DNA of 64,000 nt, from NCBI GenBank assembly GCA_951406725.2, contig OX597814.1, positions 123,318,001-123,382,000 of the forward strand, written 5' to 3'. The stretch comes from Octopus vulgaris (lineage: Eukaryota). This document shows positions 25,053 through 39,610 of this stretch, one piece after another. The position numbers and the translations under genes were made by a program. Under the pieces are notes generated by a model that was given only the letters and a program-made list of their open reading frames with translations, did not search any database and was not told the origin of the DNA. Every line of letters begins with the position of its first letter. Position 1 is the stretch's first letter.

Positions 25053-26673
25053 AATATATATGAATAAAAATAAAATGCTTTTTATAGTGTGCAGATTAGC
25101 ATGCTGGCAACAAATAATTAGTTAGAAGAAATGACGGAATTGTTCTTTAGTTTGTTTATACAATGGCACAGAAAGTAATGAAATAAAATAAAGGAAAATA
25201 GAATATTTATACTATTATATTTAAGAAATTTTTGTCTAATGCTTGAGGATGCTTCTGTTTCACTCAAGCTAGAAGAAAAATTCTCAAATGCAATAATGTA
25301 AATATTCCATGTTATTTTACTTTATTTTACTTTATTTTACTTTATTTCATTTCATTTTCTTGGAAATTTGAAGACAACCTATAGCTGTATATAAATAAAC
25401 TAAGAAATAATTTCTTCATCTCTTCTGACAAATCTATTTAGTATACAATGCGGTCTTTCCTGCAGAAGGCATTGTATATTGTTTTACCAACAGTTTCATG
25501 ACACAGTGGAATGTAGTACCTTTATGAAGTTTTAGGTGGCGAGCTGGCAGAAACGTTAGCACGCTGGGCGAAATGCTTAGCGGTATTTCATCTATCTTTA
25601 CGTTCTGAGTTCAAATTCCGCCAAGGCCAACTTTGCCTTTCATCCTTTCAGGGTCAATTAAATAAGCACCAGTTACACACTGGGGTCGACTTAATCGACT
25701 TAATCCCTTTGTCTGTCCTTGTTTGTCCCTTCTATGTTTAGCCCCTTGTGGGCAATAAAGAAATAGGTATTTCGTCTGCCGTTACATTCTGAGTCCAAAT
25801 TCCGCCAAGGCCGACTTTGCCTTTCATCCTTTCGGGGTCGATAAATTAAGTACCAGTTACACACTGGGGTCAATGTAATCGACTTAATCCCTTTGTCTGT
25901 CCTTGTTTGTTCCTTATGGGCAATAAAGAAATAAAATGCTGATCACATGTGTAATATTTTTCACCGAAAAGTGACCGATGTATGTATGTGTATTTTTGCA
26001 AAGGGTTTTTACCGATATGAAAAAAAAATAAACCAGCACTCAGGTGGTTATGACAATGAGGGTTCCAGTTGATCCAATCAGTGGAACAGCCCACTCGTGA
26101 AATTAACATGCAAGTGGCTGAGAACTCCACAGACACATACCCTGAACATAGTTTTCAAGGAGATTCAATGTGACACAGAATGTAACAAGTACAACTCATT
26201 TTTGCCAGCTGAGTGGACTGGTGCAACATGAAATAAAGTGTCTAGCTCAAAGTAAACGATGTAAACATTGATGAGAAAATTGAAAAGTATTGATTTCAAA
26301 CCAATTTCTCGTGTGATATTTGTTCTGCAACAAGTTATTGACACTCCCTTGTCACCAGAAATGCAATGAAACAGTGATTGGTTCATTGGAACCAATAACC
26401 AACAACACTATTATTCTTCAATATAAAATAAGGTTTCTTATTGCAGAGCCTGGTGGAATTAATGTCAGAAGGAATCAATAAATTCCAAAGATGTTCAATA
26501 TTTTTTTAAACTGGAACAACCAATATTAAACAAGTTTCAAAGACATCTGTGTGAAAATAAAGATCAATAATTATTGCATTACAGCTGTAGTCTGTCACAG
26601 GCCACCCTCCTCCACTTCCTCATCTGCCTATCAACTTTTACAAAGTTGTCTTAGGGTATTATTGCTTTCTGAA

Positions 26674-26711
<38 letters not shown>

Positions 26712-27084
26712 TAATAATAATAATAATAATAATAATAATAGATCTCTGAGCGAGGTATAAACAGTAGCTGCAACACATTGTGGAGTATATTTGCCACTTA
26801 AATGTGGCTAACCCCTAAGGGTGGATGCTACTGTAGCTTGTAGCCCCAGGAGGACATCTCCTCCAGCTGGCTATTGACACACTTTCTGTGCCCTGTCAGT
26901 ATTTGAAAAGGGAAGCCATCCTTCCCGTCTTCAACCTATGATGCACACGGACTCAAGTTTCTGGGCATTGACCCGTCATCAGCGTACGACAATCACGAGT
27001 TGTCGATGAGAAGTAGGCCTCCCTTTGCAAATATATATCCTTTTTCCAGTGATAATAATAATAATAATGAATAATAATAATAAT

Positions 27085-27811
27085 GATTGGAAAGTGAAAA
27101 GATAGATAAATACAACCCTCTTTAGTATGAAATATCCTGGCTTTGGAAAATGTAGTATCAGAAAGCATCAAGAGGGATATAAAGGAAATTGGAATTGAGT
27201 GCCCAGTAGAACTATTATAAAAGGTCTGCCTCTTTGGCATGGCCAGAATAATCAGGAAAGTATTAGATAGCTGAAAAGAATGAATAGTATGGTACCATAG
27301 GTTGTATGTAGTAAGCCCGCTATGCATGCAAGACTCCAGGAGATCCAACAAAATCTGTGATAAAGAGAAATAATAATAATGTCTTGATATAAAAGATGGG
27401 CTACAGCAAATATTCTGCTCAATACCACAGATTTGCTTGTCAGTTGTTTGACTTTAACTAGTTGAGCAGAAATAGTGGGGGAGCATCATATCCATGTGTT
27501 GAGAGAAATTCTTTGAGGTTTGGATAATTTACCTTCGGAAACATGGGAGTTTCATTGAACATCCTTAAACAACCCTTATTCAAAGACCTTTTAAGTAGGA
27601 TGGTCTACTCAACCTGAAGAAAATTCTATCTGGGCCCCACCTGCAAGGTCATGCGCTGTTTATCTTGATATGAGATCACCATATTATGCACATATGGTTG
27701 TTATGCATATGCCTGGTGTACCCTTATTAGACGGGTAGTTATGATGGGTATACTGGGCTTCATATATTTTACTGCAGTGTCACTTTGATAGCATGCACTG
27801 CTCTCTCACTC

Positions 27812-27849
<38 letters not shown>

Positions 27850-29445
27850 TAATAACAATAAATACAAATACAAAAAAGAACCCATAGAACCTAACAACTA
27901 TGAAGAAAAAGAAGAAACAGCAAAAGTTGTAAAACAACTGAAATCCAAACTAAAAACTGGAATGGCAACAGATCATGATAAAACGATGGCAAGAAAATCC
28001 CTTACATGGCAAATATTGGGTTAAACTAAACATAAAAGAAATAGACAAAGCAAAATCCCGACAATGGCTGAGAAGCACAGGACTCAAAGCAGAGACTGAA
28101 GGATTTTTAATTGCAGCACAAGATCAAAGCCTTCCTACCAGAAGTCACCAAAAACGTGTAATGAAAAAAAAATACAATTAACTGCAGAATATGTGGAAAT
28201 GGAGAAGAAACAATAAATCATATAATAATAAGAAGAAGAAGAAGAAGATCAAACAAAAAAGGTGTGTTTTTTAATTGACGTGATTATTCCTTGCGATCAC
28301 AATACAGTGGCGAAAGAATTTGACAAGATCAGTAAATATAAAGACTTGCTAATAGAAATTGAAAAAATATGGCATCTCAAGGCGACTACAGTACCAGTGA
28401 TTGTAGGATCTCTATGAATGATAAAAAAAAAAGGTACTGAAACCTATTTGAAAATGATTCCAGGCTTACCATCCCTACAGGAAGTGCAAAAAATCGTATC
28501 AACTGGAACGACTCATGTACTGAGAAGAGCATAATCGCTGTGAAAACAACATCCATTCATGAATTTATTTATTTATTAATTTTTTAAAATACATATTTTA
28601 CCTGTAAATTTACGTGTGTAATCTCAGAATGCATACAATGAGCTTCTCTGCCCTAGGTGTACAGAAAACACTCAGCAAGAAATCGAAGAAAATTTGAAGA
28701 AAGAAGGGAAAAAAGCAATAATAATAATAATAATAATAATGCTTTCAAGTTTTGGCACAAGGCTATCAACTTCAGGGGCAGGTTAAGCCAATTACATTGA
28801 CTCCAGTATTGAACTGGTACTTATTTCATCAGCCCCTAAAAAGATGAAAAGCCAAGTTGACAGAGTCGGGACCTATATGCATTGGAAGCTATGCCAACAC
28901 TATGGAATGACAACAGAAGATGGTATAGGCATATCCCAGAAAAAGGTCACAGAAAAATGAGAAAGCAACCATACTCTGGGATATGCCAATACATACAGAT
29001 ACAGAGATCAAGGCTAATAGACTGGATATAGTTGTCAGAGATCATCAAGAAAAAATACTTTCTAATCGATGTATCAATCCCAACAGATGACAATGTGTCT
29101 CTAAAAGAAATGAAGAAACTCCCAAAATACAAAGATCTGGAAATAGAGGTAACCCAAATGTGGAGCCTAAAAACAGAAACAATCCCTATAATAATATATA
29201 ATAGGTGCATTAGGTGTGATTAAAAAACATTCAGACAAGTACATAATCAAAGCACTAGGACTTATGAAGATATATAACATACAGAAAATATTACTACTAA
29301 GCACCATGCACATCCTATGTAAAACATTTTCAATACAGTGAAAATAAGAGTACTATAACAAACCACAGCACATACCCAAGACACACAGAACTGCACTCGG
29401 TAGTGCAGTGAAAGCATGTGATAAAAATAAGACTACTGACTAATA
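27085..29445 (+). mobile_element. Cluster of R4/Dong-like (RLE endonuclease) non-LTR retrotransposon fragments separated by (AAT)n
   Basis: [42 protein letters not shown]; ILWDMPIHTD..KANRLDIVV; LIDVSIP.D.N...KE..K..KYKDL.IE (two independent copies); KVCLFGMARIIRKVL. Confidence 0.8.
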
Positions 29446-31579
29446 ATAATATTGGTTTCAAATTTTGGCACAAGACCAGCAATTTCAGGGGAGGGGAAGC
29501 ATCAGCTTGCTCCTCCTCCTCCTCCTCCTCCTCCTCATCCTCATCATCATCCTCATCATCATCATCATCATCATCATCTTCTCGTCTTCTTCTTCTTCTT
29601 CTTCTTCTTCTTCTTCTTCTTCTTCTTCTTCTTCTTTTAACATCTACTCTTCCATGTTTGTATGTGCCAAAGAGAGCTAAATCATTTAATGTGACTGTCT
29701 CTTATTTAAGATAAGGTGTGACTTAAAGAGAGATGTGACTGTAATTTCTAGCAAATGGAGCAACCACTTATAGGATCTGCTGTTGGGTTAATATATAGAG
29801 ATAAGGCAGATAGAGAGCTGTTGTGGTTTAGCCCTAGGTCAACCATAATTGAGCAGACCTATGATCAAAGTCATTACAGCCTTAATGATTACATTTTATC
29901 AAGTATTATGTATCTAAGACTACATTATTCAATGTGTGCAGATGGGTATAATTGGGGGAAATTTGTCAGCTGTTTCTAGCATGTCAAGTGACCATGTTGA
30001 GGTTCCCTTGCTAGTCGAAGGAATATGGCAGTGATAGTGGGGGGGGGGGGAGATTATTATGTCAGTATATAGTGGTAGGTGGTGGGTAGTGGTTACTGTG
30101 GCAGGGTGAAGATACGTAACAGTAAGGTGGAAATACAGTGGTGCGGGAGGTACATAACAGGGGCGGGTAGAGATATATAATAATAAGGTGGAGATATATA
30201 CTGAGGTAGATGGAGATATATTGGGATGGATGGAAGTACATAGAGGTAGAGTGAAGGTATATAGTGATGGCGGCGAGCTGGCAGAATCATTAGCATGCCG
30301 AGCAAAATGCTTAGCAGTATTTCGTCTGCCGCTACGTTCTGAGTTCAAATTCCACCGAGGTCGACTTTGCCTTTCATCCTTTCGGTGTCGATTAAATAAG
30401 TACCAGTTATGCACTGGGGTCGATATAATCGACTTAATCCGTGTGTCTGTTCTTGTTTGTCTGCTCTATGTTTAGACCCTTGTGGGTAGTAAAGAAATAG
30501 GTATATAGTGATGGTGTGAAGGTAGAGTGGGGGGGTATTTAGGTATATATTAATGGGTTGAGTATATAATGGTGGGGTATATAGTAACAGGGAAGTGATG
30601 AGGGTATGTAACGGTATGGTGAAGGTATATAGTTGTCATCAATCCTTGGACATTACTTTCTCAAGTCCTAGGAATCAAAGGGCCAGTTATCTGGTTTCCA
30701 TGGCATGGTACCATGTAAAATGTATCCATACTGATATCACATAGGATGTACTTGTGCCTGCACCACATAAAGGGCACTCATGCTAGTGTCACATAAAAAA
30801 CAGTATCTGTGCCAGAACCGTGTGAAATGCACCCGTGCCAGTGTCACAGAGGGAAGCACCTGTGCTAGTGTTACACAAAGATAACTCAGTACACTTTGTA
30901 AAGTGGTTGGTATTAGGAAGGGAAGGTGGCGAGCTGGCAGGAACATTAGCACGCTGGGTGAAATGCTTAGCAGTATTTCGTCGGCCGCTACGTTCTGAGT
31001 TCAAATTCTGCCGAGGTCGACTTTGCCTTTCATCCTTTCGGGGTCGATTAAATAAGTACCAGTTACGCTCTGGGGTCAATATAATCAACTTAATCCGTTT
31101 GTCTGTCCTTGTTCATCCTCTCTGTCTGTTCTTGTTCGTCCCTTGTGAGCAATAAAGAAATAGGTATTAGGAAAGGGCATCCAGCCGTAGAAATCATGTC
31201 AAAATGGATGACTGGAGCCTGGTGCAACTCTCCAGCTTGCTAGCTCCTGTCAGACTGTCCAACCCATGCCAGCATGGAAAACAGGTGTTAGATGATGATG
31301 ATGATGGGGGGGTGATAGTAATGATGATGATGATGAGGAGGAGGAGGAGGAGGGGGGAGGGGGATCTAAGGTTACAATATTCCCTCTGAATGAGGGTCCA
31401 GTTTGGCTCAGGGCTGCTTATTTACAGCTGACTGAACAGGAACATTATAAAACAAAGCGTTTTGTGAACAAACACAATGCACCACCCAGTCTGGGAATCG
31501 AATGCATACAATCGTGGGGGTGGGGTTTATTTTTGTGTTCATAATTGTATTAATAATTCTGTTTCATTTATTTTTCCAG

Positions 31580-31675
31580 ATAATGATGGTGACTTGATTC
31601 ATTTCACATCAGATGAGGAACTTGCTGAAGCCCTGAGAACTGCTGTAGATGGAGTTCTTAAAGTCTTCATCCAAG
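31580..31675 (+). CDS. SQSTM1: SQSTM1/p62-like gene, PB1 exon (OPCA motif), 96 bp
   Basis: Acceptor tttttccag, donor ccaag|gtagg. Encodes (D)NDGDLIHFTSDEELAEALRTAVDGVLKVFIQ, matching human p62 [32 protein letters not shown]. Phase 1 at both ends. Confidence 0.9.
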
Positions 31676-32120
31676 GTAGGAAATTGATGTAAATACCAGT
31701 TGGATTGGGAGGGGAGGAGCTGGATATGTTGCTGTTGATGTTGTTGTTGTTGTTGGTGGTGGTTGTGGTGGTGGTGGCGGTGGTGCTGGTGCTGGTGCTG
31801 GTAGTGCTGGTGGTGCTGGTGGTGGTGGTGGTGGTGGTGCTGCTGCTGCTGCTGCTGCTGTCCCTGCCACTGCTCAGGAATCCCAACTCTGCCCTCAGTT
31901 TAAGATTCTCTGCTCTGCCATTCCAGTTAGTTCCTGTATGCACTACCAGAGAATCTTACAGCCATAGACTGGACACTCCTGACCTCTTGCACATTGATAG
32001 ATTTTGGTCCTATTTGACCTCTCACACTCTAGATGTGGGACAGAAGGTTATATTCACAAGCAAAAAACTATTGGTGTGTGATCTGGGAGAGAAGGTTTCC
32101 AAATAACCAACCCTTTTTCC

Positions 32121-32186
32121 CCAGAACATCAACCCTCTAGAGATCCCTTCCAACTGGAAGGGATCTGTAGGGGGTTGATGTTCTGG
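32121..32186. other. 32-bp stem hairpin in intron
   Basis: ccagaacatcaaccctctagagatcccttcca-ac-tggaagggatctgtagggggttgatgttctgg. Confidence 0.85.
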
Positions 32187-34267
32187 AAAACATCAAACAT
32201 GTGCTTAGCAGCTGCTCAAAGATGTGTGACATAGGGGACAATGTTGTCCCTATGTGACATGACGTTATTGCAAAAACGATATACAATGCCCTCTGGAGAA
32301 AAGACTGTCCTGGAATAAATATACAGAAACCCCTTTTTATTGAATCATCATCATCATCATCATCGTTTAACGTCCGTTTTCCATGCTAGCATGGGTTGGA
32401 TGTTTCGACCAGGGGTCTGGGAAGCCAGGAGGCTGCACCAAGCTCCAGTCTGATCTGGCAGTGTTTCTACAGCTGGATGCCCTTCCTAACGCCAACCACT
32501 CCGAGAGTGTAGTGGGTGCTTTTTACGTGCCACTGGCACAGGGGCCAGTCAGGCAACGTTGGTAGTAAGGCGTAACATTGTCTTTGTCATCTACATTCCA
32601 ACGATAGAGCTCTGTATCTTTATTAGAAACCAGATCCTTCCTCGGAGGAATAATTTAAATAATCTAAAACAGAAGAGAATGTATATACATACATGCACAG
32701 AGCTACCATCATGAGACATGCAAGCTTAAATAACTATTTAACCCTTTTGCTACTCTATTTATTTTGAGATGCTCTGTGTTTCTTCCAATTATTTTAAATC
32801 AACATTATCATCATCATCATCATCATCATTTAACGTCCATTTTCCATACTAGCATGGGTTGGACGGTTCGACCGGGGTCCGGTAAGCCATGGAGGCTGCA
32901 CCAGGCTCCAGTCTGGTTTGGTAGTGTTTCTACAGCTGGATGGCCTTCCTAACGTCAACCACTCTGTGAGTGTCATGGGTGTTTTTTACATGCCACTGGC
33001 ACAGGAGCCAGAAGAGGCTGGCAAACAGCCACGATCAGTTGGTGCTTTTACATGTCACCGACACGGACGCCTGTCAGGCGGCACTGGCATCTGCCACGTT
33101 CGGACGGTGCTTTTTATGTGTCACTGGCACAGGTGTCTTAACTACAATTTCCATTTGATTTTTATTTTGATGTTGGTGCTGACGTACTTGACTCAATAGG
33201 TCTCCTCGAGAATAGCAGGTAGTAAAATAACATCGTTATCATTAAGCTAGTGTTAGGAACATAAATTGTGACTAAGATTAGGTGGAAAATTTGAATTCAA
33301 AACTTATGAAAACAAGACATTTATACTAAAGAGCCAGAGCCAGTTTCAGCTAGGTTGGTAACAAAAAGGTTAAAATGCCTTTTTGAATGTTTTTCTTGTA
33401 CAATTATGCTGACTCCTCCAGGGCAAATCAAGAACTGCTTCTTTTTTTTTTTTTTCTTCAGTTATAAATAAAAGTGGCACCCGTTACTTACCAATGTAGC
33501 ATTATTCAAACCAGATTTAAAATATATACATTACAGCACATGGAATTCTACTAATATGATCCTGGCTGAAACTGATAATAACAACACCAACGCAAACAGT
33601 ACTATGATACCAGTAAGCTATTTAAGATGAAACAGATTAGTAAAAAAATATGCTCGACTTTTCTCAAGTTCAAAATAAGAATTTATTTTTGCTATCTACA
33701 TTCCAATGATGGAGCTTCATATCTTTGCTAGACATTACCTTCTTCATTACAGGAAGATTTCGAATAATTAAAAATAGAAGAGAACATATATGTTATAAAG
33801 TAAAGTAGACACTTTTGTAGATAATGTAGTAAGCTAAGAAGTTTTAATTAAAATTATACTTTTAATAAGAATAATTATTATGTAAATGACTAATTATGGT
33901 AACAAAAAATGTTTGGCAGACAACTCCAAAACTTTAATTAAATTGAATTAAATTAAACATGGAAAGCAGTGGAGAGTAAGTCTGATTTTTATCAGAATTG
34001 GTACCAACTCTCAGACATGTTTCGGTCATATGCAATCTCTTCAGCAAATCAGAGTTTAGTTATTACCACATATCTTATATGACTCAAGAATAATTTAGGA
34101 TTTTGTTACATGAAAACAGTGTATTGCTTAATTTAAAAGAATAACAGTGAAGGAGTAACTAGGGATGGCTGCTGCATGAAAACTTACTAGTGAAGTGATA
34201 AAGAGGACACATTTAAGTTTCTGTGTTCATGCACAAAAATCCTATATATTTTTCTCATCATCTAAGA

Positions 34268-35358
34268 CAGGGGTTCTTAACAAGGGTCCACATGAACTTT
34301 GGAATTCCATATAAGATTTTGTCATCAATATTTATGTGCAATAAACTAGTTACAGTGCTACAATATGCAAAATATTTTAACACTTATTTTATACAGTTTC
34401 TAATCATTTTTAATTATAAACGTATATATGTGCAGGTGCCACAATATGTCTACCTGTGCTGAGATATCAAAAAGGAGATCTCACGGAGAGTAAGGGCCGG
34501 ATGGAAGGCATTTAATGGCATAAGGGATGTGCTCAAGGGAATGTTGGACAGGACCACCTGCGCCAACCTCATCAATAGCACAGTTCTACCTGCAATGTTA
34601 TATGGTAGTGAAACATGGGCTACAACAAAGAGAGAAGAACAGAGATTGGTAATGGCTCAAAGAGCCATGGAGAGGTCAATACTTGGAATCCCGTTGAGAG
34701 AGCACATCAGTAGTGAGGTCATCAGAGAGAACTCCGGCGTGAGGGATGTCATCATAGAATATACGCGCAGCAAGTTTAGATGGACTGGACACGTCGCCCG
34801 GCTCACCGATATTCAGTGGACCCATGCTGTTGTCGAGTGGTACCCGCACAAGCGGAAACGACCACTCAGAAGGCTTCCTGGACGGTGGAGTTACGATTTC
34901 AGGATGGCGATTGGGATCACGTGGATGAGAAAGGCACAATCCAGAGAGGAGTGGACAGCGTGCTGTGACCAGCAGTGTCAAATGGATGCCCGATGGACTG
35001 GTCAGTCAAGGTGATCAAGGCAATATGTGCAGGTGCCACATGAAAAGTACTCTTGCCAGTGCCACATGACAGTGCTCATGTGGTGCCATGTTAAAAACAC
35101 CCAGCACACTCTGTAAAGTATTGGTGTTAGGAAGGGCATCCGTCCTTAGAAACGAAGCCAAATCAGATTGAAACCTGGTGCAGCTCTATACTTTGTCAGC
35201 TCTAGTTAAACCAACCAACCTATGCCAACATGAAAAACAGACGGAGGAGGAGGGCAGGAGAAGGAGGTGGGGTTAAACATCAAATGATTTTGAGGGTCCA
35301 TCCAAATGAAACAGTTTATCAAGAGGATCCATAGGAAAATAATGGTTGTAAATCACTG
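34268..35358. mobile_element. hAT-type MITE carrying nested insertions (related copy ~59873-60275)
   Basis: Ends caggggttcttaac / ggttgtaaatcactg; 8-bp TSD atctaaga / atttaaga. Confidence 0.6.
34444..35022 (+). mobile_element. 5'-truncated RTE LINE of a second family, with 18-bp TSD
   Basis: EISRRVRAGWKAF..VLPAMLYGSETW..KFRWTGHVAR..; TSD atatgtgcaggtgccaca at 34426-34443 and 35023-35040. Confidence 0.88.
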
Positions 35359-36363
35359 ATTTAAGATCTGTTTCACTGAAGAGATCTAATAATACTGAAA
35401 CATGTCTGGGCTTGTTGTTGTACTGTTAAAGAGATGACTTACTCACCACTGCATTCTCTATTTAATTAATTTTAATTAAAATTTTAAGATGTTTCCCTGT
35501 CTTTGTTTGTTTTTTTTTAGTGGAATTAGTAATTTAGATAATGAGTGTTTTCATTGCTAAGGGTGAATTTTAATTAATTAATTAATCAAAACTTCTAAGA
35601 TGGCTATATCAAACATATTTTACTATTGAGTTTTCATGCAGCAAGCCTCCCTAAGTAGTTTTCCTTAGTTCTTTGTACATTTATTTTATTTTATTTTTCC
35701 ATGCTAGTATGGGTTACACTAATTCATATTGCCAGTACTCTGTCAGTTACTACAATGAGTGTCCAGTTAATCCAATCAATAGAACAGTCTTCTCATGAAA
35801 TTAATGTACAAGTGGCTGAGCACTCCACAGATATGTATTCGCTTAATGTAGTTCTTAGGGATATTCTGCATGACACAGAACACGACAAGGCTGGCACTTT
35901 AAAATACATAACCTTCTCATTTTTGCCACCTGTGTAGACTGGAACATCATCATCATCGTCATAGTTGTTTAACGTCCACTTTCCATGCTGGCATGGGCTG
36001 GACAGTTTGACTGAGGACTGGTAAGCTGGAAGGCTGTACCAGGCTCCAATCTGATCTGGCAAGGTTTCTACAGCTGGACGCCATTCCTAATGCCAGCCAC
36101 TCCAAGAGTGTAGTGGGTGCTTTTACGTTCCACCGGCACGGGCCAATCAGGCAGCACTAGTATCGACCATGCTTGAATGGTGTTTTTTGCATGCCACCAG
36201 CACAGGAGACAGTCAGACGGCACTGGCATTGACCACACTCAAATGGTGCTTTATACATGCCACTTGCACAGGAACCACTCAGGCAGAACTGGCATTGACC
36301 ATGCTCAAATGGTGCTTCTTCATGTCACCAGCATGGGAGCCAGTCAGGCAGCACTGGCATCGA

Positions 36364-36850
36364 CCTTTGTTAATAACTTTTTCAAGCTTTTAGGCTGTCT
36401 TTTACTGAGAGCTATAGTTTGGTCTGTAATGATATCTCTTAATTCCTTACTTTGAGCCATGATTGGTAGGTTTGCTTTAGCGATATTGAAGATGTTCTGG
36501 TGGCATGGATTGTGCGTCACCATAAATGGTATGATTTGTTCTTGTTTTCTCTTCTTTGTGTTGTCTTCAGTTGTTGTGTGGGTATTTTCATAGCCCACTG
36601 AATACCATTTTCTATAAGTAGTAACGGGTATTTTTGTTTGAGCAGAATTCTTTCAGTTCCATCAGGTGCTGATTCCTGATCTTCAAATCTTATACAATGG
36701 TACAGATTCTTCTGGCTAAGCAGTATGGGATGTTATGTTTTGTATGCGGTGGATGGCACAATTTAAAATTCAGGTATTGATGTGTATCTGTGTGTTTATA
36801 ATATATATCTGTGGTAATGGCAGTGTTCTTTTTAATTACCATTATATCTC
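36364..36850 (-). mobile_element. Penelope-like element RT thumb/linker fragment (inverted)
   Basis: Minus-strand TDIYYKHTDTHQYLNF..HPPHTKHNIPYCLARRICTIV..IPFMVTHNP..RQPKSLKKLLTK. Confidence 0.82.
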
Positions 36851-37100
36851 GTTCATCATCGTTTAACATCCGCTTTCCATACTAGCATGGGTTGGACGAT
36901 TTTTACTGAGGGCTGGCGAACCAGATGGCTGCACCAGGCTCCAATCTTGATCTGGCAGAGTTTCTACAGCTGGATGCCCTTCCTAATGCCAACCACTCCG
37001 AGAGTGTAGTGGGTGCTTTTTACGTGGCACGGGCACCAGTCAGGCGGTACTGGCAACAACCTCGCTCAAATCTAAGAATGGTAATTTGCTTCTGCTCATC

Positions 37101-37550
37101 TTATTAACAAAGGCAAGGTTTGACCTTAGCAACAAAAACCAACCATTCACTTTGTCTAAATGCAATGATAGTCGATGCAGTACATGCCAATTAATTAATA
37201 CCGGCCCATATATGAACACAGAAACAGGGGAAATATTTACAAACGCAAATATGAATTGCAAAAGCAGAAATTTAATCTACTGCATCAAATGCCCGAATTG
37301 TGAAAAACTGTTGTGAAGAACTGTTGGCCAGACAAGCAATGCATTATCAGAACGCTCACGTGTGCACCGACAACAAATTAAAAATCCAGAAGTCTGCCAA
37401 ATACCACTGAGTAACCACCTAGCAACATGTGGCTGGAAATTATTTATAATATTTCCTTTTCATAAACTATACAAACTGAATGAAATCAAGAGAAAACTGA
37501 CAGAAAAGGATTTTATTAATAAATCCAAACCCAAGCTTAATTACAATGAT
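37101..37550 (+). mobile_element. Penelope-like element Cys linker and GIY-YIG fragment
   Basis: LLTKARF..KCNDSRCSTC..NCKSRNLIYCIKCPNC..VGQTS..LSER..HRQQIK..HL..E..FI..KPKLN. Confidence 0.85.
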
Positions 37551-37562
37551 AAAAAATATGTA

Positions 37563-37620
<58 letters not shown>

Positions 37621-37991
37621 TACACACACACACACAACAGTCTTTGAGTTTTTGTCTATCAAGCCCATTCATAAGACGTTAATCAACCTGGGGCTATAGC
37701 AGAAGATACTTGCCCCAAATCCCGTGCAATGGGACGGAACCTATAACCTCACAGTTTTGAAAGAAACTTCGTAACCATACAGCCATGTCTTATATTTTTT
37801 TTTTGTATTATAAGATGTGAACTTATGCCACATGATTAATAAACATTACACTTTGTATAAACATTGAACTTGAAAGGAAATGGATAAAGTGCTTGTCTAA
37901 ATTCAAAACAACAGAAGCCATTTGATAAATTATACACAGAATTTCATGCATTAAATTAGCATTAAACGATGATGATGATTATGATGATGAC

Positions 37992-38031
<40 letters not shown>

Positions 38032-38689
38032 TTTATTATTTATTATTATGAATTGGAAATCATTCACTTTTTTATTCAGTTAATAATTAATATTTATAGA
38101 TTTTGTCTGAGATGTTGTCTGCCTCACCTACCCAGACAGCACATCTCTGCACCGTGCTATTATAACTACCACCACCACCACCACTACAACCACCACACTA
38201 CAATCACTATCACTACTATCACCACCACTACCACCACCACCACCACCACTGCCATCACCACTCTGTAACCACCACCAAATTACTATGGGTATTACTGATA
38301 CACCACTTCAATCAACACTGGTAAATCTTCCAGTATCAATTTAGCTAATTTCTTGTAATTCCTTGTTATAGATAAAGCTAAATTCTACATTATGTATAGT
38401 TATTGGAGGGATTAACTTATAAAACTCCAACTCACCAAATTAATAAAGATTAATTGAAGCAATATATAATACTGGACCATAATTTACATTCCTGGAAGTG
38501 AACAGGAAGTTCTGTACTAAGTCTGTTAGAAATTCTACTTGTTGCTCATTTAGATAATGTTGTCTTAAGATATTATTATGAATCAACTGCTAATGTTACT
38601 AATATAAATGATAATACCTTGGGAGTGGATTGAGCAGATGGAGACAGTGAGGAAGCCTGCCGTGTCTGTATTTGTACTTGTATGTTTGA

Positions 38690-39132
38690 CGGCATGTGTG
38701 TATGTATGTATGTGTGTATGGATGGATGGCTGGATGGATGGATATGTGTGTGTATGTGTATGTGTGTATGTATAGGCCTATGTATTGGTGTACCGATGGA
38801 TGGATGGATATGTGTGTATGTATGTTTATGTGTGTATGTATGTATGTATATATGTATGTATGCATGTACGTATGCATGCATGTATGGATGGATGGATGGA
38901 TGTGTGTGTATGTATGTATGTATGTATGGACGGATGAATGGATGGATGGATATGTGTGCATGTATGTATATATGGATTATGGGTGTATGTATGTTTGTAT
39001 GGACGGATGAATGGATGGATGGATATGTGTGCATGTATGTATATATGGATTGATGGATGGGCGGATGGAAGTATATGTGTGTGTATGCATGTGTATGTGT
39101 GTATGTATGCATGTGTATGTATGGCTGGATAG

Positions 39133-39163
<31 letters not shown>

Positions 39164-39610
39164 TGTATGTATGTATGTGTGTGTATGTATGTATGGATGG
39201 ATGGTTGAGGGGATATATGCGTATGTATGTGAGTGTATGTATACCTGTGTGTATGTATGGATGGATTTGTGTGGATGGATGGATATGTATGTGTGTGTAT
39301 GCATGTATGCATGTATGTGTGTGTATCTTAGTGTGTTTGTATGGATGGATGGATGGATGGATATGTGTGTATGTATGCATGTATGGATGGATATATGTAT
39401 GGGTGGGTGGATATGTGTGTGCATGTATGTATGTGTGTATGTATGGATGTATGGATGGATATGTGTGTATGGATGGATGAATATGTATGTATGTTTGTGC
39501 ATGCATGTATGTATGTGTGTATATATGCATGTGCATGTGTGTATGTATGGATGAATGGATAGATATGTCTATATGTATATGTGTGTTTGTGTGTATATGC
39601 ATGCATACAT
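38690..39610. repeat. Compound (TGTA/TGGA)n microsatellite
   Basis: About 900 bp of degenerate tetranucleotide repeats. Confidence 0.95.
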
